DNA from: an uncultured Spirochaetales bacterium
GTDB lineage: Bacteria > Spirochaetota > Spirochaetia > CAYRYS01
DNA length: 64,000 nucleotides
Assembly (NCBI GenBank): GCA_964428555.1
Contig: CAYRYS010000008.1
Span: 2,377-66,376 of the forward strand
Reading direction: 5' to 3'
Shown here one piece after another: positions 56,964 to 64,000 of this stretch. Position 1 is the stretch's first letter, and every line of letters begins with the position of its first letter. The position numbers and the translations under genes were made by a program. Below the pieces are notes generated by a model, which made no database searches, had not been told where the DNA came from, and saw nothing but the letters and a program-made list of their open reading frames with translations.

Positions 56964-57994
56964 TCTACAGTAAGCCGGTAGTACCCCTTTTTATTCACAG
57001 ACATTGTTAGCGGGAAATTTTCAGGACCAAGCCAGAATGCTTCCCCGTCCATCTGGATCGGTATACTTTTATTGTATTCGATGGTAATAGTGTCTGCTTC
57101 TCTTGTCTGAACAAAGGGATAATTCACATGGGACCCGGCATAAAACTTTTCCCGCATTTTTAGTTTTGTGCACAGCCCGACTGTTTCTACAGCACAGAGG
57201 TTTTCTTTTCCAGGAAGCACCTTTTTCCCTGAACCATAGCTCCTGTACCCTGATGCACCGAAAGCTGTCAGAATAAACCTGCCCTCCAACTCTGAGCTAT
57301 TGCCTCCGGATTCCATGGAAATCTTCATCTTCCCTACTCCATACCTGGGTTCATAAAAGAGTGTGGCTATGTCCACCATTGCTTTGTAAAAGTCACCGGG
57401 TATTTTCTTTTTCATTGAGTTTGTCAGTACTACCACATAGGCATCCAAGCCGATACTCGCAATATTCAGTGCAGCCATAGAATCGCAGTTATTCGGCTGG
57501 ATCATTACACACCGAGCAAGCTCAGCAGCTCCAGGTTTCTTCAGTATTTCCAGGGCAGCAGGAAAGGACTCTGCAGAAGCACCGTCATTCCCTGTCCCAA
57601 GGGGCAGCTCAAAAAACACCGCCTTTTTTCGCTGTTCAAAGGGGCATTTCAAAGCCCCTGTTACTGCATCAAGGCCAGTACCGTCTCCGCCTGCTGTTAT
57701 AATAAGGAGAGGACCGTCTTTCCGGCTCCCCTGGGTAATCAGATTTTTTACCAGCTGTGCTGCATGCCCGGGCCCTCTCGTAAATTGAGCTGATAAAAGG
57801 TTTTCCGAATTTGGGGTAAACTCCAGCTGCTTAAGAACTTTCAGGTTTTTCGATAAAAGCGAATTATTTGAAAAACCGCCGGCAGCAGGATTAATAATTG
57901 TAACCACCTGAGAAAAACGGGTAAACAGGCTGCTGCAGCTTGCTGCATATTCTATAAAGAGCTTTGCGAATTCCTGCTGTTTTTGCTTGATCAT
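56960..57994 (-). CDS. DAGK-catalytic-domain lipid kinase (YegS/DgkB-like)
   Basis: ITAGGDGTGLDAV motif. Confidence 0.7.
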   Translation of the reverse strand: MIKQKQQEFAKLFIEYAASCSSLFTRFSQVVTIINPAAGGFSNNSLLSKNLKVLKQLEFTPNSENLLSAQFTRGPGHAAQLVKNLITQGSRKDGPLLIITAGGDGTGLDAVTGALKCPFEQRKKAVFFELPLGTGNDGASAESFPAALEILKKPGAAELARCVMIQPNNCDSMAALNIASIGLDAYVVVLTNSMKKKIPGDFYKAMVDIATLFYEPRYGVGKMKISMESGGNSSELEGRFILTAFGASGYRSYGSGKKVLPGKENLCAVETVGLCTKLKMREKFYAGSHVNYPFVQTREADTITIEYNKSIPIQMDGEAFWLGPENFPLTMSVNKKGYYRLTVD

Positions 57995-57998
57995 TGTA

Positions 57999-58649
57999 TC
58001 ATCCTTTTATCAGAATATCCGGCAGGGAATAGACATCATCCATTGACTCAACGAGTATTCCCCCCATACCCATTTCAAGCGGTGCTTCGAGGTCTACCGT
58101 ATATCTGTCACCTATACTAACACAGTTTCCAGCAAGGGTGTTCAGTTTTTCCAGTGCAAGCTCATACGGAGCCCTATGGGGTTTAGAAACCATTGTATGA
58201 TCAAGACCGATTACATCTATAAAATAATCCTCTACACCCAGGGCTTTGATAGTACGCCTGCCAATCTGGGCAGGGTTATTTGTTACACAAATAAGAGAAT
58301 ATCCTGAGCTAAGTAGATCCAGGGTTTTTTGCAGCTCCTTGTCTTGTTTCAGAAAATGCTCCGGATGAAAGAGCTCTTTCCTCCACTGTACACTCGTTTC
58401 AATAGGAATCCCAAATTCTTTGAAGGTATTTCCCAAGGACAACCCCCTGCCCTGGTTCTCCTTTGAATACTGCTGCCGAACCTCATTTAGTTTCGCTTCT
58501 GTTTCATGGAGAGTTTCTCCCCTTAGGCTAGCAAGCCGTTTAACCTGGAGGTCCTTCTGCGTACCATAATAGGTCTCGCACCTGTAGAGTGTCATATCTA
58601 TATCAAACACCAGCGAAGATATAGTAGATGGTAAGCTGTAGATTTTCAT
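57999..58649 (-). CDS. HAD-superfamily hydrolase
   Basis: FDIDMTLY (motif I) and GDRYTVDL (motif IV). Start at 58649 (MKIYSLP); the track extends to 58700. Confidence 0.55.
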   Translation of the reverse strand: MKIYSLPSTISSLVFDIDMTLYRCETYYGTQKDLQVKRLASLRGETLHETEAKLNEVRQQYSKENQGRGLSLGNTFKEFGIPIETSVQWRKELFHPEHFLKQDKELQKTLDLLSSGYSLICVTNNPAQIGRRTIKALGVEDYFIDVIGLDHTMVSKPHRAPYELALEKLNTLAGNCVSIGDRYTVDLEAPLEMGMGGILVESMDDVYSLPDILIKG

Positions 58650-58777
58650 ATATAGGATATTACCGGTAATACAGGTCCCTGACAAGAAGAGGGAAAACAA
58701 AAAGCAGCTTATGAAACGATTGACTTTTCCTTTTGGCAGTTATACCCTTTATTTGCTGCTAAAAAGAGAGGGACACA

Positions 58778-59779
58778 ATGAACCTAGAGTTTCATTATTA
58801 TACAACATACTACATGGCAATTCGTGCCGGTTTTTCCGAGAACGATGCATACATTATCGCGTATTCATCGCAGTATGTTGATAACGCGGTACTTCCTTAC
58901 TCCATCCGTACCGAACGGGGTAAGTACATAACTGAGATAACAGCAAGCTATTCTTTTTGGGATGAAGAGGTCTCACGGAATATCTATCTGCCCTTTCACT
59001 TTATGCCTGGAGACCCTGAGTACGCGGGAGCCGCACGGAGGGACGGAAAGCGCAACAAGTATAATGTCACCCCTGCAAGCAATAATGCAAAAAAACTGCT
59101 GATTGCCGCGCTGAAGACACGGAACCTTTACAGGGTCGGCATAGCAATACACACCTATGTGGACACCTGGGCGCACCAGAATTTTATCGGCCTTCGAAGC
59201 CCATGGAACAGCACTGATCCAAACAGCCTCCTGCCGCCTATTGGACATGCACAAACAGGTACACAGCCTGATCAGCTGTCCGGAAGGTGGGAAGACAGGC
59301 GGCTGATAAACGCGAACATGCAGGTGGTGAACAGAGAACGTTTTCTAAAAGCAGCAAAGATGATGTACAAATACTTCTCCACCTTTAACAAGCAGCCTTA
59401 CGATGATGCTGATCTGATAATGGATTGGTATGAGGATTTTATCGGGACTGCCGGCAATGAGAAGCAAATGAACGAACGGATATATAACTATATTATTTCA
59501 GAAGATATTCCTGAATATCGAAAGAATGAATGGCTCACTGACGCAGCGTATGTTGATCATGATCCAAGAGAACCCTACATTCCAGGAACCAATGCTGTCC
59601 AGTGGTTCTCCACTGCCCTATTTAAGCCATCCTCTTTTACCAGCCCAGAAGAATACAGCGCGTCCGGAGATTTCTCCCAATCCAGCTTATACCATTGGTG
59701 TGAAGCAGCAAAAGAACATAGAGCTGAAGCACACAGAATACTCCACGCTCAAGGGCTCCTGCCTATACAGAACTGGTAA
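58778..59779 (+). CDS. Hypothetical His-rich protein (333 aa), possible metal-dependent hydrolase
   Basis: Spaced His/Asp residues (HFMPGD, HTYVDTWAHQNF, IGHAQTG). No family recognised. Confidence 0.4.
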   Translation: MNLEFHYYTTYYMAIRAGFSENDAYIIAYSSQYVDNAVLPYSIRTERGKYITEITASYSFWDEEVSRNIYLPFHFMPGDPEYAGAARRDGKRNKYNVTPASNNAKKLLIAALKTRNLYRVGIAIHTYVDTWAHQNFIGLRSPWNSTDPNSLLPPIGHAQTGTQPDQLSGRWEDRRLINANMQVVNRERFLKAAKMMYKYFSTFNKQPYDDADLIMDWYEDFIGTAGNEKQMNERIYNYIISEDIPEYRKNEWLTDAAYVDHDPREPYIPGTNAVQWFSTALFKPSSFTSPEEYSASGDFSQSSLYHWCEAAKEHRAEAHRILHAQGLLPIQNW

Positions 59780-59825
59780 TTCACCGACAAAGAGCATAAC
59801 CTGGTATATAGTACTAGTAAGGAGT

Positions 59826-60287
59826 ATGGACATGAAAAAAAGTGTATTCCAAGCAATACTGTTCTTAGTCTTCCCGGCAATGCTCTTTTGTGAACTTCCG
59901 CCGGATGCGTATAATAGATGGGTAGAAGAATCGGATGAAGTGCTTATTATTCATATTGATGATGTAACTACCGCGAACAGCTCAATGGATATTACTGATG
60001 TCCTAGTATCTGCAACAGTTCTTTATGTATGCAGGTCCAATTCAGGTCTATCCCAGGGAGATGCAATCACTATTGAGTATGAAGGCAGGCGGGTGTTTCC
60101 TGACCATCCGGGTCCGGCTCTGCTGGGTGTATTAGAGGAAACAGCGGTTGTTCCTGCATACCTGAACAGACGCAGCGGGGTTTATGTTCCAGGGGCAAGG
60201 GGAAGGAGCTTCAGCACCTGGGTATGGCCAAGTAAATACGGCAGTTATGAGGAGTGCTTACAAAGCGCAATGGATACCAGTCATTAG
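59826..60287 (+). CDS. Secreted hypothetical protein (153 aa)
   Basis: AAGGAG at 59819..59824, ATG at 59826, and a signal peptide MDMKKSVFQAILFLVFPAMLFC. The track ORF 59526..60287 over-extends into the upstream gene. Confidence 0.4.
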   Translation: MDMKKSVFQAILFLVFPAMLFCELPPDAYNRWVEESDEVLIIHIDDVTTANSSMDITDVLVSATVLYVCRSNSGLSQGDAITIEYEGRRVFPDHPGPALLGVLEETAVVPAYLNRRSGVYVPGARGRSFSTWVWPSKYGSYEECLQSAMDTSH

Positions 60288-60578
60288 AACCACAAATATT
60301 TTTACTATCCTTTTTGGTACAGAAAGAATATCTTTTTCACAAAACTGATCTGTCAGAGTACTTGACTGAATATTTTAACCGTGATATACAGTTATCGATC
60401 GATAAAAACTGTCGGAAGATGAAATGAGGGGTCGTTTGACCAGTCATTTGATAAGCCGGTGTGTGTAAGATCGCATTATTTACCTATGCGCGTGCACATT
60501 CCGGCTATTTTTATGCCCAAAGATGAATATAGCGGGCGCAGCCGGAGCAGAGAAATATACGTAAGGAGAACAAACAAT

Positions 60579-62468
60579 ATGTCAGTAAACTTAACAAACA
60601 CAAATGCAGCAGAAAAACTTGTATTGTCCCCTGAAGTAGAAAAAGTGCTGCGGAACTGCGGGGATATATTCATGCCGGAAACCAGAGGGGACCTTATTGA
60701 AAAGGCCCTTGATGGAAAGGACAAATTCACTGTTTCCTATGAAGTTCCAGGAATGGGAGAAATTGCAGAAGCCGATGTCATTCGCTGCAGGAACGGTGCA
60801 GCAATTAATTACCGTGAACCCTATATGAGGCGCAGGGACCCTGAATGTATGGTCATTGCTGACCAGGGACCTACTGATAAAACACGGTACAGCGACAGGT
60901 TTGGTACAGAATTCGGTCCAATGCGGGATGAAACATTCCAGTGGCTTGCCCAACAAGACTTGATCCTTATCCCCTTTATGGCTGGGGGTGAAGCATACGG
61001 ATATCCGGCACTCCTTATTGCACCGGGAAACGCGGGCTTTTTTGCAGGGGGTCTTGCGGACCTTCAAGGACGCATTCCAGCAAGCCAGTTGCCGAACAAT
61101 TTCAAACCCCGCTCAATTATTTTTGTTGCTCCACCCTTCAGGCACACAAGGTTTGACGGCAAGCAGGTTGTTGTGCATAACAGAACCGAAGAGGTTCATG
61201 AAATATTCTCTTACAACCTCTACCCTGGTCCAAGCGCGAAAAAGGGAATGTACGGACTTCTGTTAACTCTTGGAGAAAAAGAAGGGTGGACAACGCTTCA
61301 TGGATCAACAGTGAAAGTAGTTACCCCTTTCGACCATGAGCTAACTATAATGCATGAAGGAGCAAGCGGTGGTGGAAAGAGTGAAATGATTGAGCAGGTA
61401 CACAGGGAACCAGACGGCAGGCTCCTTATGGGACAAAACCTGGTAACAGAGGACAGGTTCTATATTGATCTACCGGATGCGTGTAAGCTCTATCCTGTTA
61501 CTGATGACATGGCACTCTGTCATCCAAAGTTTCAGAACAACAGCGGAAAGCTGGTTGTAAGCGATGCAGAGCAGGGCTGGTTTCTCAGGGTAAACCACAT
61601 AACCAACTATGGTACAGACCCGCATTATGAAAAGCTGTGTATTCACCCCCCTGAACCCCTTATTTTCCTCAACCTCCATGGTGCTGTGGACGCCTCCTGT
61701 CTGCTGTGGGAACACACAATGGATGCTCCGGACAAACCATGCCCTAACCCAAGGGTAGTAATGCCGAGAAGGTTTGTTCCAGACACTGTAAACAGCCCTG
61801 TCCAGCTGGACATCCGAAGTTTCGGGATTAGGGTACCGCCGTGTACAACGGAAAAACCGAGCTATGGAATAATCGGCCTGTTTCATATTCTGCCCCCAGC
61901 GCTTGCATGGCTGTGGAGACTGGTTTCTCCAAGGGGCCATGGCAACCCGAGCATTACTGACACAGAAGGGATGACAAGCGAAGGCGTTGGTTCTTACTGG
62001 CCTTTTGCAACCGGAAGAATGGTAGACCAGGCGAACCTGCTCTTACAGCAGGTTATTGATACACCGAATGTCAGGTACAAGCTTATCCCGAACCAGCACA
62101 TTGGCGCGTACAGCGTGGGTTTCATGCCCCAGTGGATTGCAAGGGACTTTTTGGCAAGAAGAGGAAGTGTCCGGTTCACAAAGGACCAGATATCTGAATC
62201 AAGATGCTCACTTCTTGGGTATTTCCCGAAGAATGTCGCAATAGGGGGTACTTCAATTCCCAAGGGTATGCTCCAGGTTGATCTTCAGCCAGAGGTCGGA
62301 GTTGAAGCATATGAGGCAGGCGCACAAATGCTTGTCAATTTCTTTAGAAAGCAGCTGGAGAAATTCGTATCTCCTGAACTACACGAAACAGGAAGAAAAA
62401 TAATCGAATGCTGTATGGACGGGGGCAGTATAAACGAATACGAAGCACTCCTTCCCTCAGCAGAGTAA
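60579..62468 (+). CDS. Large (630 aa) protein of unknown function with an HprK/PEP-carboxykinase-like P-loop
   Basis: TLHGSTVKV...MHEGASGGGKSEMIE resembles the HprK LHG and GDSGIGKSE motifs. AAGGAG at 60563..60568. Start MSVNLTN; the track starts at 60459. Confidence 0.5.
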   Translation: MSVNLTNTNAAEKLVLSPEVEKVLRNCGDIFMPETRGDLIEKALDGKDKFTVSYEVPGMGEIAEADVIRCRNGAAINYREPYMRRRDPECMVIADQGPTDKTRYSDRFGTEFGPMRDETFQWLAQQDLILIPFMAGGEAYGYPALLIAPGNAGFFAGGLADLQGRIPASQLPNNFKPRSIIFVAPPFRHTRFDGKQVVVHNRTEEVHEIFSYNLYPGPSAKKGMYGLLLTLGEKEGWTTLHGSTVKVVTPFDHELTIMHEGASGGGKSEMIEQVHREPDGRLLMGQNLVTEDRFYIDLPDACKLYPVTDDMALCHPKFQNNSGKLVVSDAEQGWFLRVNHITNYGTDPHYEKLCIHPPEPLIFLNLHGAVDASCLLWEHTMDAPDKPCPNPRVVMPRRFVPDTVNSPVQLDIRSFGIRVPPCTTEKPSYGIIGLFHILPPALAWLWRLVSPRGHGNPSITDTEGMTSEGVGSYWPFATGRMVDQANLLLQQVIDTPNVRYKLIPNQHIGAYSVGFMPQWIARDFLARRGSVRFTKDQISESRCSLLGYFPKNVAIGGTSIPKGMLQVDLQPEVGVEAYEAGAQMLVNFFRKQLEKFVSPELHETGRKIIECCMDGGSINEYEALLPSAE

Positions 62469-62503
62469 TCTAATATAATATATTAAAGTATTTTGGAGGA
62501 ATT

Positions 62504-63721
62504 ATGAAAAAATGGATTGTAATAGCCGCAGGGGTTGTCACTCAGACAGCCCTCGGCGGAATCTACGCGTGGAGCATTTTTGTTCCCTATTTAATGGATA
62601 ATTACGGTTTGAGCCGTGCACAGTGCGGACTCATTTTCGGTGTAATGATAGCTGTCTTCACCTTAGCAACAATACCCGCAGGAAGGGTGCTGATGAAATT
62701 CGGCCCAAAGGTGACTGCAGGAATCGGGGCTGTACTCTTTGCAGGGGGATACATTATTGCATCATTCTCAGGTGGAAGCTACGCCTTAATTATTACTGGT
62801 CTTGGTGTGGTATCAGGTGCTGGTATTGGATTCGGTTATGTTTGTCCTTTGACAGTTGGTGTAAAGTGGTTTCCAAACAGTAAAGGCATGGTCACAGGCG
62901 TGGCAGTAGCAGGCTTCGGACTTGGCGCAATAATCCTTTCCTCCATTTCAGAAGCACTCCTAGTCAGCATGGATGTGCTCATTGTTTTCCGGATAGCCGG
63001 GATCGGTCTTGGGGTCACCGCTTTTCTTGCTGCAATGTTCCTTGACGAACCTGAAGAATCTGAAAACGCCAAAGCCCTGAAAACACCAAATGTGCCTTTG
63101 AAAAAACTGCTTTTCTCTCCCCAGTTCATGCTTCTGTGGCTCGGCATGTTTGCAGGTACATTCGCAGGTCTCTTAGTATCGGGGAACCTGAAAATGATTA
63201 AACTAAGTCTTGGCCTGAGTGAGTACCAGGCTGCCCTTTCAATTTCCCTATTCGCTATTGGCAATACAATCGGCAGGCTTGTATGGGGCAAGGTACATGA
63301 CCAGCTTGGTTTATTGAAGACAATTCTCTTTTCACTTGGCGCCTTGTTTCTTGCGGTAATTCCGCTTCTTTTCCTGACAAACGCCTTTGCCATTCTCTCG
63401 GTTGCACTTCTTATCGGCTTCGGCTTTGGTGCCTGCTTTGTTGTGTACGCATCTTCCATTGTGGATGTGTTCGGCGTAAAATACCTGCCGAGCCTGTACC
63501 CCTTTTGTTTTGCAGGATACGGTTTAGCAGCACTCTTGGGGCCTGCAGCAGGGGGATGGATAGCTGACAGTTTTGGCTCTTACTCAGGGGCACTCATGCT
63601 CAGCGCTGGAATTGTGCTCTCCGCCGTTGTCTTGATCACCCTGTTTCTTCCCCCGCTTCTCCAGCAGAAGGAAGAACAAGCCTATGCGCTTAGAGTACAG
63701 GCAGAGCCGACTGACACATAG
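62504..63721 (+). CDS. MFS transporter (oxalate/formate antiporter-like family)
   Basis: 12 predicted TM helices. N-terminus MKKWIVIAAGVVTQTALGGIYAWSIF. Confidence 0.75.
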   Translation: MKKWIVIAAGVVTQTALGGIYAWSIFVPYLMDNYGLSRAQCGLIFGVMIAVFTLATIPAGRVLMKFGPKVTAGIGAVLFAGGYIIASFSGGSYALIITGLGVVSGAGIGFGYVCPLTVGVKWFPNSKGMVTGVAVAGFGLGAIILSSISEALLVSMDVLIVFRIAGIGLGVTAFLAAMFLDEPEESENAKALKTPNVPLKKLLFSPQFMLLWLGMFAGTFAGLLVSGNLKMIKLSLGLSEYQAALSISLFAIGNTIGRLVWGKVHDQLGLLKTILFSLGALFLAVIPLLFLTNAFAILSVALLIGFGFGACFVVYASSIVDVFGVKYLPSLYPFCFAGYGLAALLGPAAGGWIADSFGSYSGALMLSAGIVLSAVVLITLFLPPLLQQKEEQAYALRVQAEPTDT

Positions 63722-63819
63722 CACCAGAGCAGAAAGGAAGCAGGACCGCTTTTATGGGCAGTTACTACAAGAGTGAGAAATTATACCTTACTACAAAGCA
63801 TAAGAAAGAAGAAGCAATA

Positions 63820-63846
63820 GGACCTGCATTCATGCAGGTCCTTTCT
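63820..63846 (+). terminator. Rho-independent terminator after the MFS gene
   Basis: ggacctgcat-tc-atgcaggtcc followed by tttct. Confidence 0.55.
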
Positions 63847-63923
63847 GCAACCCCTAAAAAAGGGATTGACCTTGCCCCGTTTTTCCATTGTACTATTACG
63901 ATACAAAGAAAAGGAGAAGATTG

Positions 63924-64000
63924 ATGCAAACACTAGTCGGATTGATTATGGGTTCCTCATCAGACTGGGAGACCATGCGCCATGCTGCGGAAAAAATGGA
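63924..64000 (+). CDS. purE: N5-carboxyaminoimidazole ribonucleotide mutase, N-terminal fragment (runs off the window end)
   Basis: AAGGAGAAG ribosome-binding site, then MQTLVGLIMGSSSDWETMRHAAEKM, the PurE N-terminal signature. Absent from the ORF track because no stop lies in the window. Confidence 0.6.
   Translation, partial: MQTLVGLIMGSSSDWETMRHAAEKM

Noticed and set aside
59526-59825. N-terminal 100 codons of track ORF 59526..60287, overlapping the upstream 333-aa gene
   Set aside because: A strong ribosome-binding site and a signal-peptide start at 59826 define the real gene. The upstream portion is in-frame read-through.
1-64000. Search for tRNA/rRNA genes, CRISPR repeats, IS elements or integrases
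   Set aside because: I found no T-loop GGTTCGA-type motifs in intergenic regions, no direct repeat arrays, and no transposase or integrase-like ORFs. The segment appears to be stable chromosome.

Overview
This 64 kb window looks like an ordinary chromosomal segment of about 44% GC, carrying roughly 63 protein-coding genes on both strands. Gene content tentatively suggests a spirochaete (Treponema-like) genome; this is an inference, not a verified assignment. I saw no rRNA, tRNA, CRISPR array, transposase or integrase.

The ORF track omits three real features. By hand-translation of the minus strand, positions 1..3964 form one uninterrupted reading frame of more than 1320 codons. It is a YjiL/YjiM-type 'CoA-substrate-specific enzyme activase' fusion running off the window start. 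A purE start at 63924 is likewise edge-truncated. A 57-aa Cys-rich ORF sits just upstream of prfA, below the track's size cutoff.

Housekeeping genes include prfA-prmC-rel in one overlapping operon, serS, trmL, pncA-pncB, hisC, prs, pcm, rsmE, slyD and an ABC-F ATPase.

The accessory content is dominated by signal transduction:
- a polytopic methyl-accepting chemotaxis protein;
- a membrane diguanylate cyclase whose ribosome-binding site and start codon sit inside a perfect 12-bp hairpin;
- a PAS-domain histidine kinase of the HWE type;
- a small alarmone synthetase fused to TPR repeats;
- a partner-switching module made of a PAS-PP2C-TPR phosphatase, a cNMP-binding protein and a STAS antagonist;
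- a stand-alone GHKL-family ATPase;
- three HD/HDIG-domain paralogues.

The candidates I would look at first are two large proteins of unknown function. A 630-aa protein (60579..62468) carries an HprK/PEPCK-like P-loop, and a 523-aa protein (22050..23621) has an embedded HPr-like domain. Together they may form an undescribed phospho-signalling pair. Also notable are a phosphofructokinase paralogue with substitutions at the conserved catalytic positions, a DHODH-like protein lacking the catalytic Cys, and a LicA/LicC-like kinase plus nucleotidyltransferase pair.

All calls rest on manual translation and motif recognition; no database search was run.
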